64,000 bases of DNA from an uncultured Lachnospiraceae bacterium (GTDB taxonomy: Bacteria > Bacillota > Clostridia > Lachnospirales > Lachnospiraceae): the NCBI GenBank assembly GCA_944380605.1, contig CALWIA010000006.1, positions 106,683-170,682 of the forward strand. Direction: 5' to 3'. This document shows, in pieces, positions 56,659 to 64,000 of this stretch. The first letter of the stretch is position 1; the number at the start of each line of letters is the position of its first letter. Under the pieces are notes generated by a model. That model was not told the origin of the DNA, ran no database searches, and saw only the letters and a program-made list of their open reading frames with translations. Both the position numbers and the translations under genes were made by a program.

Positions 56659-57528
56659 ATGCTGGAGCAGTACAACAACCTGGACATTTCCTTTCAGGAA
56701 GACAACATCCGTTTCCGCACGCTGAACATCGCCTTCGAGACGCTGCAGCGCATCATTCCCAGCCACAGCCACGGCGAGGACAGCTACGAAATCCACTACG
56801 TACCTTCCGGCGAAGGCATCGTAGGCGTCCGCCAGAAGGCTTGCCGGATTACTCCCGGCACCCTGTACGTGGTGGGCCCCCACGTCCCCCACGCGCAGAT
56901 TTCCATGCCCGGCAGCCCCATGGAAGATTACTGCATCTACCTGCGAATGGAAAAAACGGCGCCTCCCCCCAGGCATTCCGGGGGAATCGCCGCCCTTTTC
57001 ATTGAAAAAAATTTCTGGATCGGTCCCGGCTCCGACCGGGTCCGGGAAATTCTGGAATCCATTTTTGAAGAACTGCGCCGGCAGCCCATCGGCTACACCT
57101 CCTGCGTGGAGACTCTGCTGCGGCAGCTGATGATCCATACCGTGCGCTGCTACCACAGACGCGCCGGAGCCCGTCTGCACTTTCAGCCGGCCACCCTGGC
57201 CGACGCCCAGGATTTTATTCTGGAAGAATCCTTCCTCTACGACTATCCCACCCTGACGCTGGAACAGCTGGCGGACCGTCTGGGACTCAGCGTCCGGCAG
57301 ACCCAGCGGCTGCTGCAGGAACGCCACGGCCAGACCTTTCTGCAGAAGCGCAGCAGCGCCCGCATCTCCGCGTCGGAGATCCTGCTGGCCTATACCGACA
57401 AGTCCATTGAAGAGATCGCCCTGGAAGTGGGCTACTCCTCTTCCGAGCACTTTTCCGGCGCCTTCCGCGCCTTTCACGGCATGTCGCCCCGGCAGTACCG
57501 GAAAACCAGCCGCCAGAACGGCGGCTGA
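56659..57528 (+). CDS. AraC-family regulator with a cupin N-terminus
   Basis: HSHGEDSYEIHY; TLEQLAD...SVRQTQRL; IALEVGYSSSEHFSGAF; divergent from the dehydrogenase. Confidence 0.9.
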   Translation: MLEQYNNLDISFQEDNIRFRTLNIAFETLQRIIPSHSHGEDSYEIHYVPSGEGIVGVRQKACRITPGTLYVVGPHVPHAQISMPGSPMEDYCIYLRMEKTAPPPRHSGGIAALFIEKNFWIGPGSDRVREILESIFEELRRQPIGYTSCVETLLRQLMIHTVRCYHRRAGARLHFQPATLADAQDFILEESFLYDYPTLTLEQLADRLGLSVRQTQRLLQERHGQTFLQKRSSARISASEILLAYTDKSIEEIALEVGYSSSEHFSGAFRAFHGMSPRQYRKTSRQNGG

Positions 57529-57575
57529 CCGGCCCATACCGGCCATGCCCGCTCCAAACCGGCCCGCGCCGGGTT

Positions 57576-58844
57576 TTAATGCCGCGGGCCGCCGGGCTCC
57601 ATCAGCCGGCTGTACAGTTCCGCCGGCACATAAGCCCGCACCCGGATGCCGTCCTCTTCATAATCTTCCGAAAGCAGTTCTCCGTATCTGCGGATCAGCT
57701 GGATCTGTCCCGCCTCGCTGTAAGCGTACGTCTTTTCCAGATAGATCTTCCGGCTGCGCAGCACCATTTCCAGCGTTTCCAGCAGTTCATCGATGCCCTC
57801 TCCCGTCTTCGCGGATAGTTTTACCTGATAGTCCGCCGACAGATCCTTCACCATCATCTCCCCATCCAGCCGGTCGATTTTGTTGAACAGGGTGATCATC
57901 ACCTTGTCCTTCACTTCCAGCTGCTTCAGCGTGTCGTAGACCACGTGCATCTGCATATCCATCTGGGGATTGGAGCAGTCCACCACATGGAGGATGATGT
58001 CGCAGTACCGGGCTTCTTCCAGCGTGCTCTGAAACGCCTCGATCAGATGGTGAGGCAGTTTGCGGATAAAGCCCACGGTGTCCGTCAGCAGAATCTGCTG
58101 GCCGCCGGGCAGCTGCAGGTTCCGGGTGGTGGGGTCCAGAGTGGCGAACAGCTTGTCCTCCGCCAGGATGCCGGCGCTGGTCAGCCGGTTTAACAGCGTG
58201 GACTTGCCGGCATTGGTATAGCCCACAATGGCCGCCGTCATCACATGAGAGCGCTGCCGCTGCTGCCGCTGCAGCGTCCGATGGCGCTCCACGTCCCGCA
58301 GTTCCGCCTTCAGCTGGCCGATGCGCTCGTGAATCAGCCGCCGGTCCATCTCCAGCTTTTTCTCGCCGGGTCCCCGGGTTCCGATGCCGCCGCCCAGACG
58401 GGACAGGGAACTGCGCAGGCCCACCAGCCGGGCCGCCCGGTATTTCAGCTGGGCCAGTTCCACCTGGATCTTGCCCTCCCGGGTGTTGGCCCTGGAAGCG
58501 AAAATGTCCAGAATCACCATGGTCCGGTCCATGATCTTGATCTCCAGTGCCTCTTCCAGGTTCCGCATCTGCGCCGGCGTCAGTTCGTCGTCGCACACCA
58601 CGCCGGTGGCCTCCGTCTCCCAGATCATTTCCCGGATTTCTTCGATTTTTCCTTTGCCCAGATACGTCCCCGGATGGATGTTCTCCCGGTTCTGAATCAC
58701 CGTGCCCGCCACGGCGGCGCCCGCCGTCTTTACCAGTTCTCCCAGTTCCTCCAGGCAGCTTTTGGCGTCCTCTCCCGACCCGGTCTGCACCGCCGCCAGG
58801 ATGACCCGCTCCTGTGTCTCTTTGATCTCAATCAGCTCTGACAC
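57576..58844 (-). CDS. hflX: Ribosome-splitting GTPase HflX
   Basis: GIGTRGPGEKKLE, VGYTNAGKST, LFATLDPT, DTVGFI, FNKID. Confidence 0.96.
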   Translation of the reverse strand: MSELIEIKETQERVILAAVQTGSGEDAKSCLEELGELVKTAGAAVAGTVIQNRENIHPGTYLGKGKIEEIREMIWETEATGVVCDDELTPAQMRNLEEALEIKIMDRTMVILDIFASRANTREGKIQVELAQLKYRAARLVGLRSSLSRLGGGIGTRGPGEKKLEMDRRLIHERIGQLKAELRDVERHRTLQRQQRQRSHVMTAAIVGYTNAGKSTLLNRLTSAGILAEDKLFATLDPTTRNLQLPGGQQILLTDTVGFIRKLPHHLIEAFQSTLEEARYCDIILHVVDCSNPQMDMQMHVVYDTLKQLEVKDKVMITLFNKIDRLDGEMMVKDLSADYQVKLSAKTGEGIDELLETLEMVLRSRKIYLEKTYAYSEAGQIQLIRRYGELLSEDYEEDGIRVRAYVPAELYSRLMEPGGPRH

Positions 58845-58855
58845 CCGTTTCTCCT

Positions 58856-59644
58856 TTACCTTGTTTTTAAAAACGCGATTTCTTTGCGGATCTCCGGCGT
58901 GGCGCCGAATTCCGCCTCATAGGTCTCCAGCGCGCGCAGCGCCGAAGAAAAGTCCAGCATATGTTCATAGACCACCGCCTGGCTGTACAGCAGCTCCGCG
59001 CGGGCCTGGGCGTCTCCCGCCGCCAGCCCCTGCTCCAGATAGGCCAGAGCGCCTTCGTAGTCGCCGGCGTCCATCCGGCACAGCGCCATCCGGCTGTACA
59101 GCGCCCCGCTTTCCATGCCGCCGGCCAGAGCCTGCTCATACAGCGCCAGCGCCTCTTCCCCGCGGTCCTCTGCTTCCAGCGCGTCTCCCAGCGCCATCAG
59201 GGCGTCTTTGGTCTCCTCTTCTTCCGGTGCCTGGGCAAAGGCCTTCTCATAGCAGGCCAGGGCCGCTTCCGTATCGCCGGCCAGGGCGTGCATGACGCAG
59301 CCCCGGTTCAGATACTCCGGCCGCTCCCCATCCGCCTGGACCAAAATGTCATAGGTATGGGCCGAAGCCGCGTAATCCGCCAGCGCGTATTCCGCCTCCG
59401 CCCGGTATTTCAGCACGTCCAGTTCAAATTCCCCGACAAATCCGTCGGAATGCTCCAGCGCCTGTTCAAAGGACTGTATGGCCCCTTCGTAGTCGCCGGC
59501 GTCCATCTGGCTGATGCCCGTCTCGCGGAAGGCGTACTTTTCCTTTCCGCCCTGGCATCCGGACGCCAAAAGCGCCGTCAGAAAAAGAGCCGCCGCCAGT
59601 CCCGCCGCTCTTCGTTTCCTTCCCGTGATCTTCGTCTTTCTCAT
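58856..59644 (-). CDS. TPR-repeat lipoprotein
   Basis: Lipobox LASGC; repeated GDYEGA TPR helices. Confidence 0.82.
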   Translation of the reverse strand: MRKTKITGRKRRAAGLAAALFLTALLASGCQGGKEKYAFRETGISQMDAGDYEGAIQSFEQALEHSDGFVGEFELDVLKYRAEAEYALADYAASAHTYDILVQADGERPEYLNRGCVMHALAGDTEAALACYEKAFAQAPEEEETKDALMALGDALEAEDRGEEALALYEQALAGGMESGALYSRMALCRMDAGDYEGALAYLEQGLAAGDAQARAELLYSQAVVYEHMLDFSSALRALETYEAEFGATPEIRKEIAFLKTR

Positions 59645-59654
59645 CTGTCTCTCC

Positions 59655-60089
59655 TTACCGGACGCCGGTACTGCCCAGGCCTCCCCGGTCCTGGTCCGCC
59701 AGCCGCTCTACCGTTTCAAAGGTCACCGCCGGCTGATGCTCCACGATCCGGAACTGACAGATCCGGTCGTTGACATGGATCCGCGTATCCCGCAGCGCGT
59801 AGGCCGGGAAAAACCACTGGTCGCCGTCGCCGCAGTAGCTTTCGTCGATAATGCCGCAGTGATTGGTCTGGATGATGCCGAAGTTTTTGAAGGTGGAGCT
59901 TCTGGGAACCACATGGGCCTCGTAGCCCCTGGGAAGCTTCATAGCCACGCCCAGAGGAATCAGCCGGAACTCCCCGGCCTTCATCTCCACATCCTCCGCC
60001 GCCCGCAGGTCAATCCAGTCCGACTTTCCTCCGATATAGGTCAGCCGGTCGATCTGATCCGTAAAATATTTGATCTGAATGGTCTCCAT
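59655..60089 (-). CDS. dut: dUTP diphosphatase (trimeric type)
   Basis: [25 protein letters not shown] and RGGLGSTG motifs. Confidence 0.92.
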   Translation of the reverse strand: METIQIKYFTDQIDRLTYIGGKSDWIDLRAAEDVEMKAGEFRLIPLGVAMKLPRGYEAHVVPRSSTFKNFGIIQTNHCGIIDESYCGDGDQWFFPAYALRDTRIHVNDRICQFRIVEHQPAVTFETVERLADQDRGGLGSTGVR

Positions 60090-60094
60090 CCGCG

Positions 60095-60475
60095 TCAGTC
60101 CTCTTCTTTCTCCCGATTTCTGTACCGGCGGATCATCTCCGCGATCTGGGCACGGGTATAGGGTTTGATGATAAAGCCGAAGGCCTGGATTTTCCAGGCT
60201 TCCAGGGAAAATCCGGGAATACCGGACAGAAGCACCACTTCCGGATGCCGCGGCAGGCGATAAATGGACGCCGCCAACGTAATGCCGCTGATGTCCGGCA
60301 TCACCACATCCGAGAACACCAGGTCTACCGGATGCTCTTCCACGTACTGCATGGCCGCCACCGCGTCCTCAAAGGAAGCGGCCATCTCCACGTCTTCCAT
60401 CTTTTCCAGGATACCCGTCAGCCGTTCCCTCAGGTCCGGCGCGTTATCCACCACAATCGCCCGTATCTTCTCCAT
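60095..60475 (-). CDS. Single-domain response regulator (receiver only)
   Basis: [21 protein letters not shown] and FIIKP; 126 aa; TTGCCA-17-TATAAT promoter at 60515-60543. Confidence 0.82.
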   Translation of the reverse strand: MEKIRAIVVDNAPDLRERLTGILEKMEDVEMAASFEDAVAAMQYVEEHPVDLVFSDVVMPDISGITLAASIYRLPRHPEVVLLSGIPGFSLEAWKIQAFGFIIKPYTRAQIAEMIRRYRNREKEED

Positions 60476-60559
60476 GACTCCCCGCCCTGTCCGTTTCCGC
60501 CGTTTTACCTGACCATTATAACAAAAATGAGAAAGCATGGCAACCAGGGGAACCCCATA

Positions 60560-60604
60560 GAAGAAAGGATCTGCCGTGCCGGCGGCACCGCAGATCCCTT
60601 CTTT
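60560..60604 (-). terminator. Terminator after copA
   Basis: AAGAAAGGATCTGC...GCAGATCCCTTCTT inverted repeat. Confidence 0.75.
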
Positions 60605-60618
60605 CGTTTTCTGGAAAG

Positions 60619-60828
60619 TCAGGCGATGGAAATCACCTTGTAATCCTGGTCTTCCACCGCTTTTTTCAGCACATCGTCCGCCACCGGCTGGCTCATGGTG
60701 ACTACGGCGGTGCCCGCCTCGTGGCTGACGGCGGCTTCCGTCACGCCGGGAAGCGCTTCCAAGCACTTTTTCACTCTGGATTCGCAGTGTCCGCACATCA
60801 TTCCTTCAATTTTCATGGTCTTGGTCAT
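60619..60828 (-). CDS. Putative internally initiated CopZ-like copper chaperone (69 aa, same frame as copA)
   Basis: AAGGAGG (60837-60843), 8-nt spacer, in-frame ATG at 60828; [15 protein letters not shown]... Confidence 0.5.
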   Translation of the reverse strand: MTKTMKIEGMMCGHCESRVKKCLEALPGVTEAAVSHEAGTAVVTMSQPVADDVLKKAVEDQDYKVISIA

Positions 60829-63147
60829 GGTTTCGTCCTCCTTCTGAGTGATGTTTCTTTCTTTGTGCTTTATTTTTCTGTCCCTGGCCGCGCTGCGGAT
60901 ATCCAGCCAGTTCAGCCGCAGGGCGTTGGTTACTACGCAGAAGCTGGAAAGGCTCATGGCCGCGGCCCCGAACATGGGATTTAACTTCCAGCCGAATACC
61001 GGATACCACAGCCCCGCCGCCAGCGGGATTCCCACCGCGTTGTAAAAGAACGCCCAGAACAGATTCTCATGGATGTTGCGCAGTACGCCCCGGCTCAAGC
61101 GTATGGCTGCCGGCACGTCGCTTAACCGGCTTTTCATCAGCACCACGTCGGCGGCCTCAATGGCCACGTCAGTTCCCGCGCCTATGGCGATGCCGGTATC
61201 CGCCCGGGTCAGGGCCGGCGCGTCGTTGATGCCGTCTCCCACCATAGCGGTTCTGCCCTTGCGCTTCAGCGCCCGGATCACTGCTTCCTTGCCGTCCGGC
61301 AGTACGCCGGCAATGACCTCGTCTACGCCGGCCTGGTCTCCTATGGCTCTGGCGGTCCGCTGGTTGTCGCCGGTGAGCATCACCACCCGGATGCCCATAT
61401 GCTGCAGTTCCTTTACCGCCTGCGGACTGTCTTCCTTGATGGTGTCCGCTACGGCGATCATGCCTGCCAGCGCGCCGCCGCGGCCAAACAGCAGCGGCGT
61501 CTTCCCGGCCTCCGCCAGGGTTTCCGCCTTTCTTTTCAAATCTTCCGGCACCGGAATCCGGCCGCTGACAAAGGCCAGGCTGCCTCCCAGCAGCGGCACG
61601 TCTCCCAGGCGGGCCGACAGCCCGTTGCCCGGCAGCGCCTCAAACCCTTCCGTCTCCCCGCCGGCAATATTCCTCGCCTGCGCTTCCCGCAGAATGGCCT
61701 TTGCCAGGGGATGCTCGCTTTTCTGCTCCAGAGCGCAGGCCAGAGAAAGCAGTTCCTCTTCCGACATGCCTTCTGCCGGAACCAGATCCGTCACCTGCGG
61801 CTCGCCGCTGGTGATGGTCCCGGTTTTGTCCAGCGCCACAATCTCCACTTTTCCGGTCTCCTCCAGAGAAACCGCCGTCTTGAACATAATGCCGTTTCTG
61901 GCGCCGACGCCGCTTCCCACCATAATCGCCACCGGCGTCGCCAGGCCCAGGGCGCAGGGACAGCTGATCACCAGCACGGAAATGCCTCTGGCCAGGGCAA
62001 AGCCCGCCGTTTCTCCCGCCAGCAGCCACCCGGCGGCAGTCAGCACCGCGATGGTGATCACCGCCGGCACAAATACGCCGGACACCCGGTCCGCCACCTT
62101 GGCGATGGGCGCCTTGGTGGCCGCGGCGTCGCTGACCATCTGGATGATCTGGGACAGGGTCGTATCTTCTCCCACCCGGGTGGCCTGGCACCGCAGGAAT
62201 CCCGACTGGTTGGCGGTGGCGGCAGACACCGGGTCACCGGCCGCCTTGTCCACGGGAATGCTCTCCCCGGTCAGCGCCGATTCGTCCACGGCGCTGCTTC
62301 CCTCCAGCACCACGCCGTCTACCGGTACATGCTCGCCCGGCCGCACCACAAACACGTCTCCGGCCCGCACCTGTTCCACCGGCACTTCGGTCTCCGCTCC
62401 GCCGCGGATGACCACCGCGGTTTTGGGGGCCAGCCGCATCAGCCCCTTCAGCGCATCTGTGGTTTTCCCCTTGGAGCGGGCTTCCAGCATCTTGCCCACA
62501 GTAATCAGCGTCAGGATCATCGCCGCCGACTCAAAGTAGAACTCGTGCATATAGGTCATGACGCCTTCCATGTCGCCGGCCGCTTCCGCGTCCAGCAGCA
62601 GAAACAGGGCGTAGGTGCTCCAGACAAAGGATGCGCCGGAGCCCAGAGCCACCAGCGTGTCCATATTGGGCGCCCGGTGCCAAAGTCCCTTAAAGCCGCT
62701 GATGAAAAATTTCTGGTTGATCACCATGACAATCCCGGCCAGCAGCAGCTGCAGCAGGCCCGCGGCCCCGTGATTTTCCTCAAAAAACGCCGGCAGCGGC
62801 CAGCCCCACATCATATGTCCCATGGAGACGTACATCAGGACCGCCAGAAATCCCAGAGACGCCAGAAGCCGCCGTTTTAAAACCGGCGTCTCCCGGTCTT
62901 TGAGCATCTCTTCTCCGGCGGACGCCAAAGCGGCAGAGGCGGCGTTCGGCTTTTTCTCCGCCGCTCCGTAGCCGGCCTCTTCCACCGCCCGGATGATCGC
63001 CTCGGGAGAAGCGGTGCCTTCCACGCCCATGGAGTTGGTCAGCAGGCTGACGGAGCAGGCCGTCACGCCTTCTACTTTAGAAACCGCCTTTTCCACCCGG
63101 GCGCTGCAGGCGGCGCAGCTCATGCCCGTTACGGTATATTGTTCCAT
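60619..63147 (-). CDS. copA: Cu(I)-exporting P1B-type ATPase with N- and C-terminal HMA domains
   Basis: GMSCAAC, CPC, DKTGT, SEHP, GDGIND, YN and MSLSS; C-terminal GMMCGHC. Confidence 0.95.
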   Translation of the reverse strand: MEQYTVTGMSCAACSARVEKAVSKVEGVTACSVSLLTNSMGVEGTASPEAIIRAVEEAGYGAAEKKPNAASAALASAGEEMLKDRETPVLKRRLLASLGFLAVLMYVSMGHMMWGWPLPAFFEENHGAAGLLQLLLAGIVMVINQKFFISGFKGLWHRAPNMDTLVALGSGASFVWSTYALFLLLDAEAAGDMEGVMTYMHEFYFESAAMILTLITVGKMLEARSKGKTTDALKGLMRLAPKTAVVIRGGAETEVPVEQVRAGDVFVVRPGEHVPVDGVVLEGSSAVDESALTGESIPVDKAAGDPVSAATANQSGFLRCQATRVGEDTTLSQIIQMVSDAAATKAPIAKVADRVSGVFVPAVITIAVLTAAGWLLAGETAGFALARGISVLVISCPCALGLATPVAIMVGSGVGARNGIMFKTAVSLEETGKVEIVALDKTGTITSGEPQVTDLVPAEGMSEEELLSLACALEQKSEHPLAKAILREAQARNIAGGETEGFEALPGNGLSARLGDVPLLGGSLAFVSGRIPVPEDLKRKAETLAEAGKTPLLFGRGGALAGMIAVADTIKEDSPQAVKELQHMGIRVVMLTGDNQRTARAIGDQAGVDEVIAGVLPDGKEAVIRALKRKGRTAMVGDGINDAPALTRADTGIAIGAGTDVAIEAADVVLMKSRLSDVPAAIRLSRGVLRNIHENLFWAFFYNAVGIPLAAGLWYPVFGWKLNPMFGAAAMSLSSFCVVTNALRLNWLDIRSAARDRKIKHKERNITQKEDETMTKTMKIEGMMCGHCESRVKKCLEALPGVTEAAVSHEAGTAVVTMSQPVADDVLKKAVEDQDYKVISIA

Positions 63148-63192
63148 ATTTTCCCTTCTTTCCGCCGGAGGTTTGCCTGCCGGCCGCGCTAA

Positions 63193-63492
63193 CTACCTCA
63201 TCAGTCTCTGCAGGGTGGCCACCAGCTCGTCGATGGTCTCTTCCTTCCCCTCCCGGATGTCATGGGCCACGCAGGTGCGGATATGGCTGGCCAGCAGCTG
63301 CTTGTTGAAGCTGTTCATCGCCGCGCTGACCGCCGCGGACTGAATCAGGATGTCGGGACAATAGGCATTCTTTTCCACCATATTCCGGATGCCCCGCACC
63401 TGTCCCTCAATGCGGTTCAGCCGGTGAATCAGGTCTTTGTATTCCGCTTCCGTCCGCTCCTTGGTTCTGCGGCAGCAGTTTTTCTCTTCCAT
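63193..63492 (-). CDS. csoR: CsoR-family copper-sensing repressor
   Basis: RLNRIEGQVRGI, YCPDILIQ and HIRTCV (Cys-His-Cys ligands); upstream of copA. Confidence 0.92.
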   Translation of the reverse strand: MEEKNCCRRTKERTEAEYKDLIHRLNRIEGQVRGIRNMVEKNAYCPDILIQSAAVSAAMNSFNKQLLASHIRTCVAHDIREGKEETIDELVATLQRLMR

Positions 63493-63539
63493 GGCATATC
63501 CTCCGGTATTTCTGCTTTTTCCTTTTGTTTCTCATCCGT

Positions 63540-63568
63540 ATTATATACCCCTGTGGGGTATATTGCAA
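63540..63568 (-). promoter_or_regulatory. Sigma-A promoter with a CsoR operator in the spacer
   Basis: TTGCAA-17-TATAAT; palindrome ATATACCCC-TGT-GGGGTATAT at 63543-63563. Confidence 0.88.
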
Positions 63569-63670
63569 GTCTTTTTTTCATCAGGCACGGCGGCTGATCT
63601 CCGGGCACGCAAAAAAACCGGCCGGGAAGTCCCCGGGCCGGGAAAAGAGCGGCCAATGCCGCCGTATCTT

Positions 63671-64000
63671 TTATTGTCCATACCGTTTTCCAATGGAAGT
63701 CAGCTGCTCTCTGGACAGCACCAGATTGACGCCGCCGGGATTTAAAATAAATCCCTTGGCCTGCGGCACCAGCGACGGCAGCAGCTTCTGGAAATCCACC
63801 GCGGCCATCCGCAGCTTCATCTCCGGCTTCTTCTGGAATTTCTGAAATTCCCAGACATCGGTAAACAGCGGCTGGTACATGTCGCCGGAAGGCGTTTTTA
63901 CATAGGGAATCTGCACGTTGGCGCCGGACTTTGCCGGATCCTGTCCCTCCGGCACTTTGGAAACGTCCACCGCCAGAATAAAGCGGGACCGATACAGATC
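63671..64000 (-). CDS. C-terminal part of a probable SseB-family protein, truncated by the window edge
   Basis: YQPLFTDVWEF and GFILNPGGVNL pattern. Confidence 0.55.
   Translation of the reverse strand, partial: DLYRSRFILAVDVSKVPEGQDPAKSGANVQIPYVKTPSGDMYQPLFTDVWEFQKFQKKPEMKLRMAAVDFQKLLPSLVPQAKGFILNPGGVNLVLSREQLTSIGKRYGQ

Noticed and set aside
57576-58855. HflXr-type antibiotic-resistance attenuator
   Set aside because: hflX is the last gene of an operon with an 11-nt gap, leaving no room for a leader peptide or attenuator
62950-62956. G_AAA_AAG slippery-like heptamer just after the N-terminal HMA domain of copA, suggesting an E. coli-type frameshift
   Set aside because: It is not a full X_XXY_YYZ site, and the -1 frame runs about 56 codons before a stop (TGA at 62780-62782), so it would not release a clean CopZ

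Overview
A GC-rich chromosomal segment of a spore-forming Lachnospiraceae/Clostridiales-type firmicute, with about 50 mostly core or metabolic genes. From the start: the 3' part of a class A PBP; the sigF/spoVA sporulation cluster (spoIIAA-spoIIAB-sigF-small ORF-spoVAA/AB/AC-DUF1576-spoVAD/AE); a TPR membrane protein, folC, valS with a Val T-box, a MATE transporter and an opp operon; an orphan NMT1/SsuA-type binding protein, GT2, an AraA/FucI-family isomerase, an AEC transporter and dacF; ribU with an FMN riboswitch, metY, a DUF362 protein, an XRE + LytTR pair, an LTA-synthase-family gene and a YtrA-type GntR/ABC operon; PFOR, a VanW protein, a PHP protein, an MBL hydrolase with two sugar permeases, a polysaccharide deacetylase and an SNF transporter; class III RNR with NrdR boxes, a YphC-like dehydrogenase with an AraC regulator, a receiver-dut-TPR-hflX operon and csoR-copA. 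I saw no rRNA, tRNA, CRISPR array, prophage or transposase. Best leads: (1) a strong in-frame ribosome-binding site and ATG inside copA that would release a 69-aa CopZ-like chaperone; (2) two unrelated, highly structured non-coding elements on either side of the deacetylase gene, one a covarying tandem hairpin leader and one a 252-bp MITE-like element; (3) a DUF1576 membrane protein inserted in the spoVA operon; (4) a thioredoxin-type NrdD carrying its own glutaredoxin-like domain. All product calls come from motif and family recognition by eye; no searches or folding programs were run.
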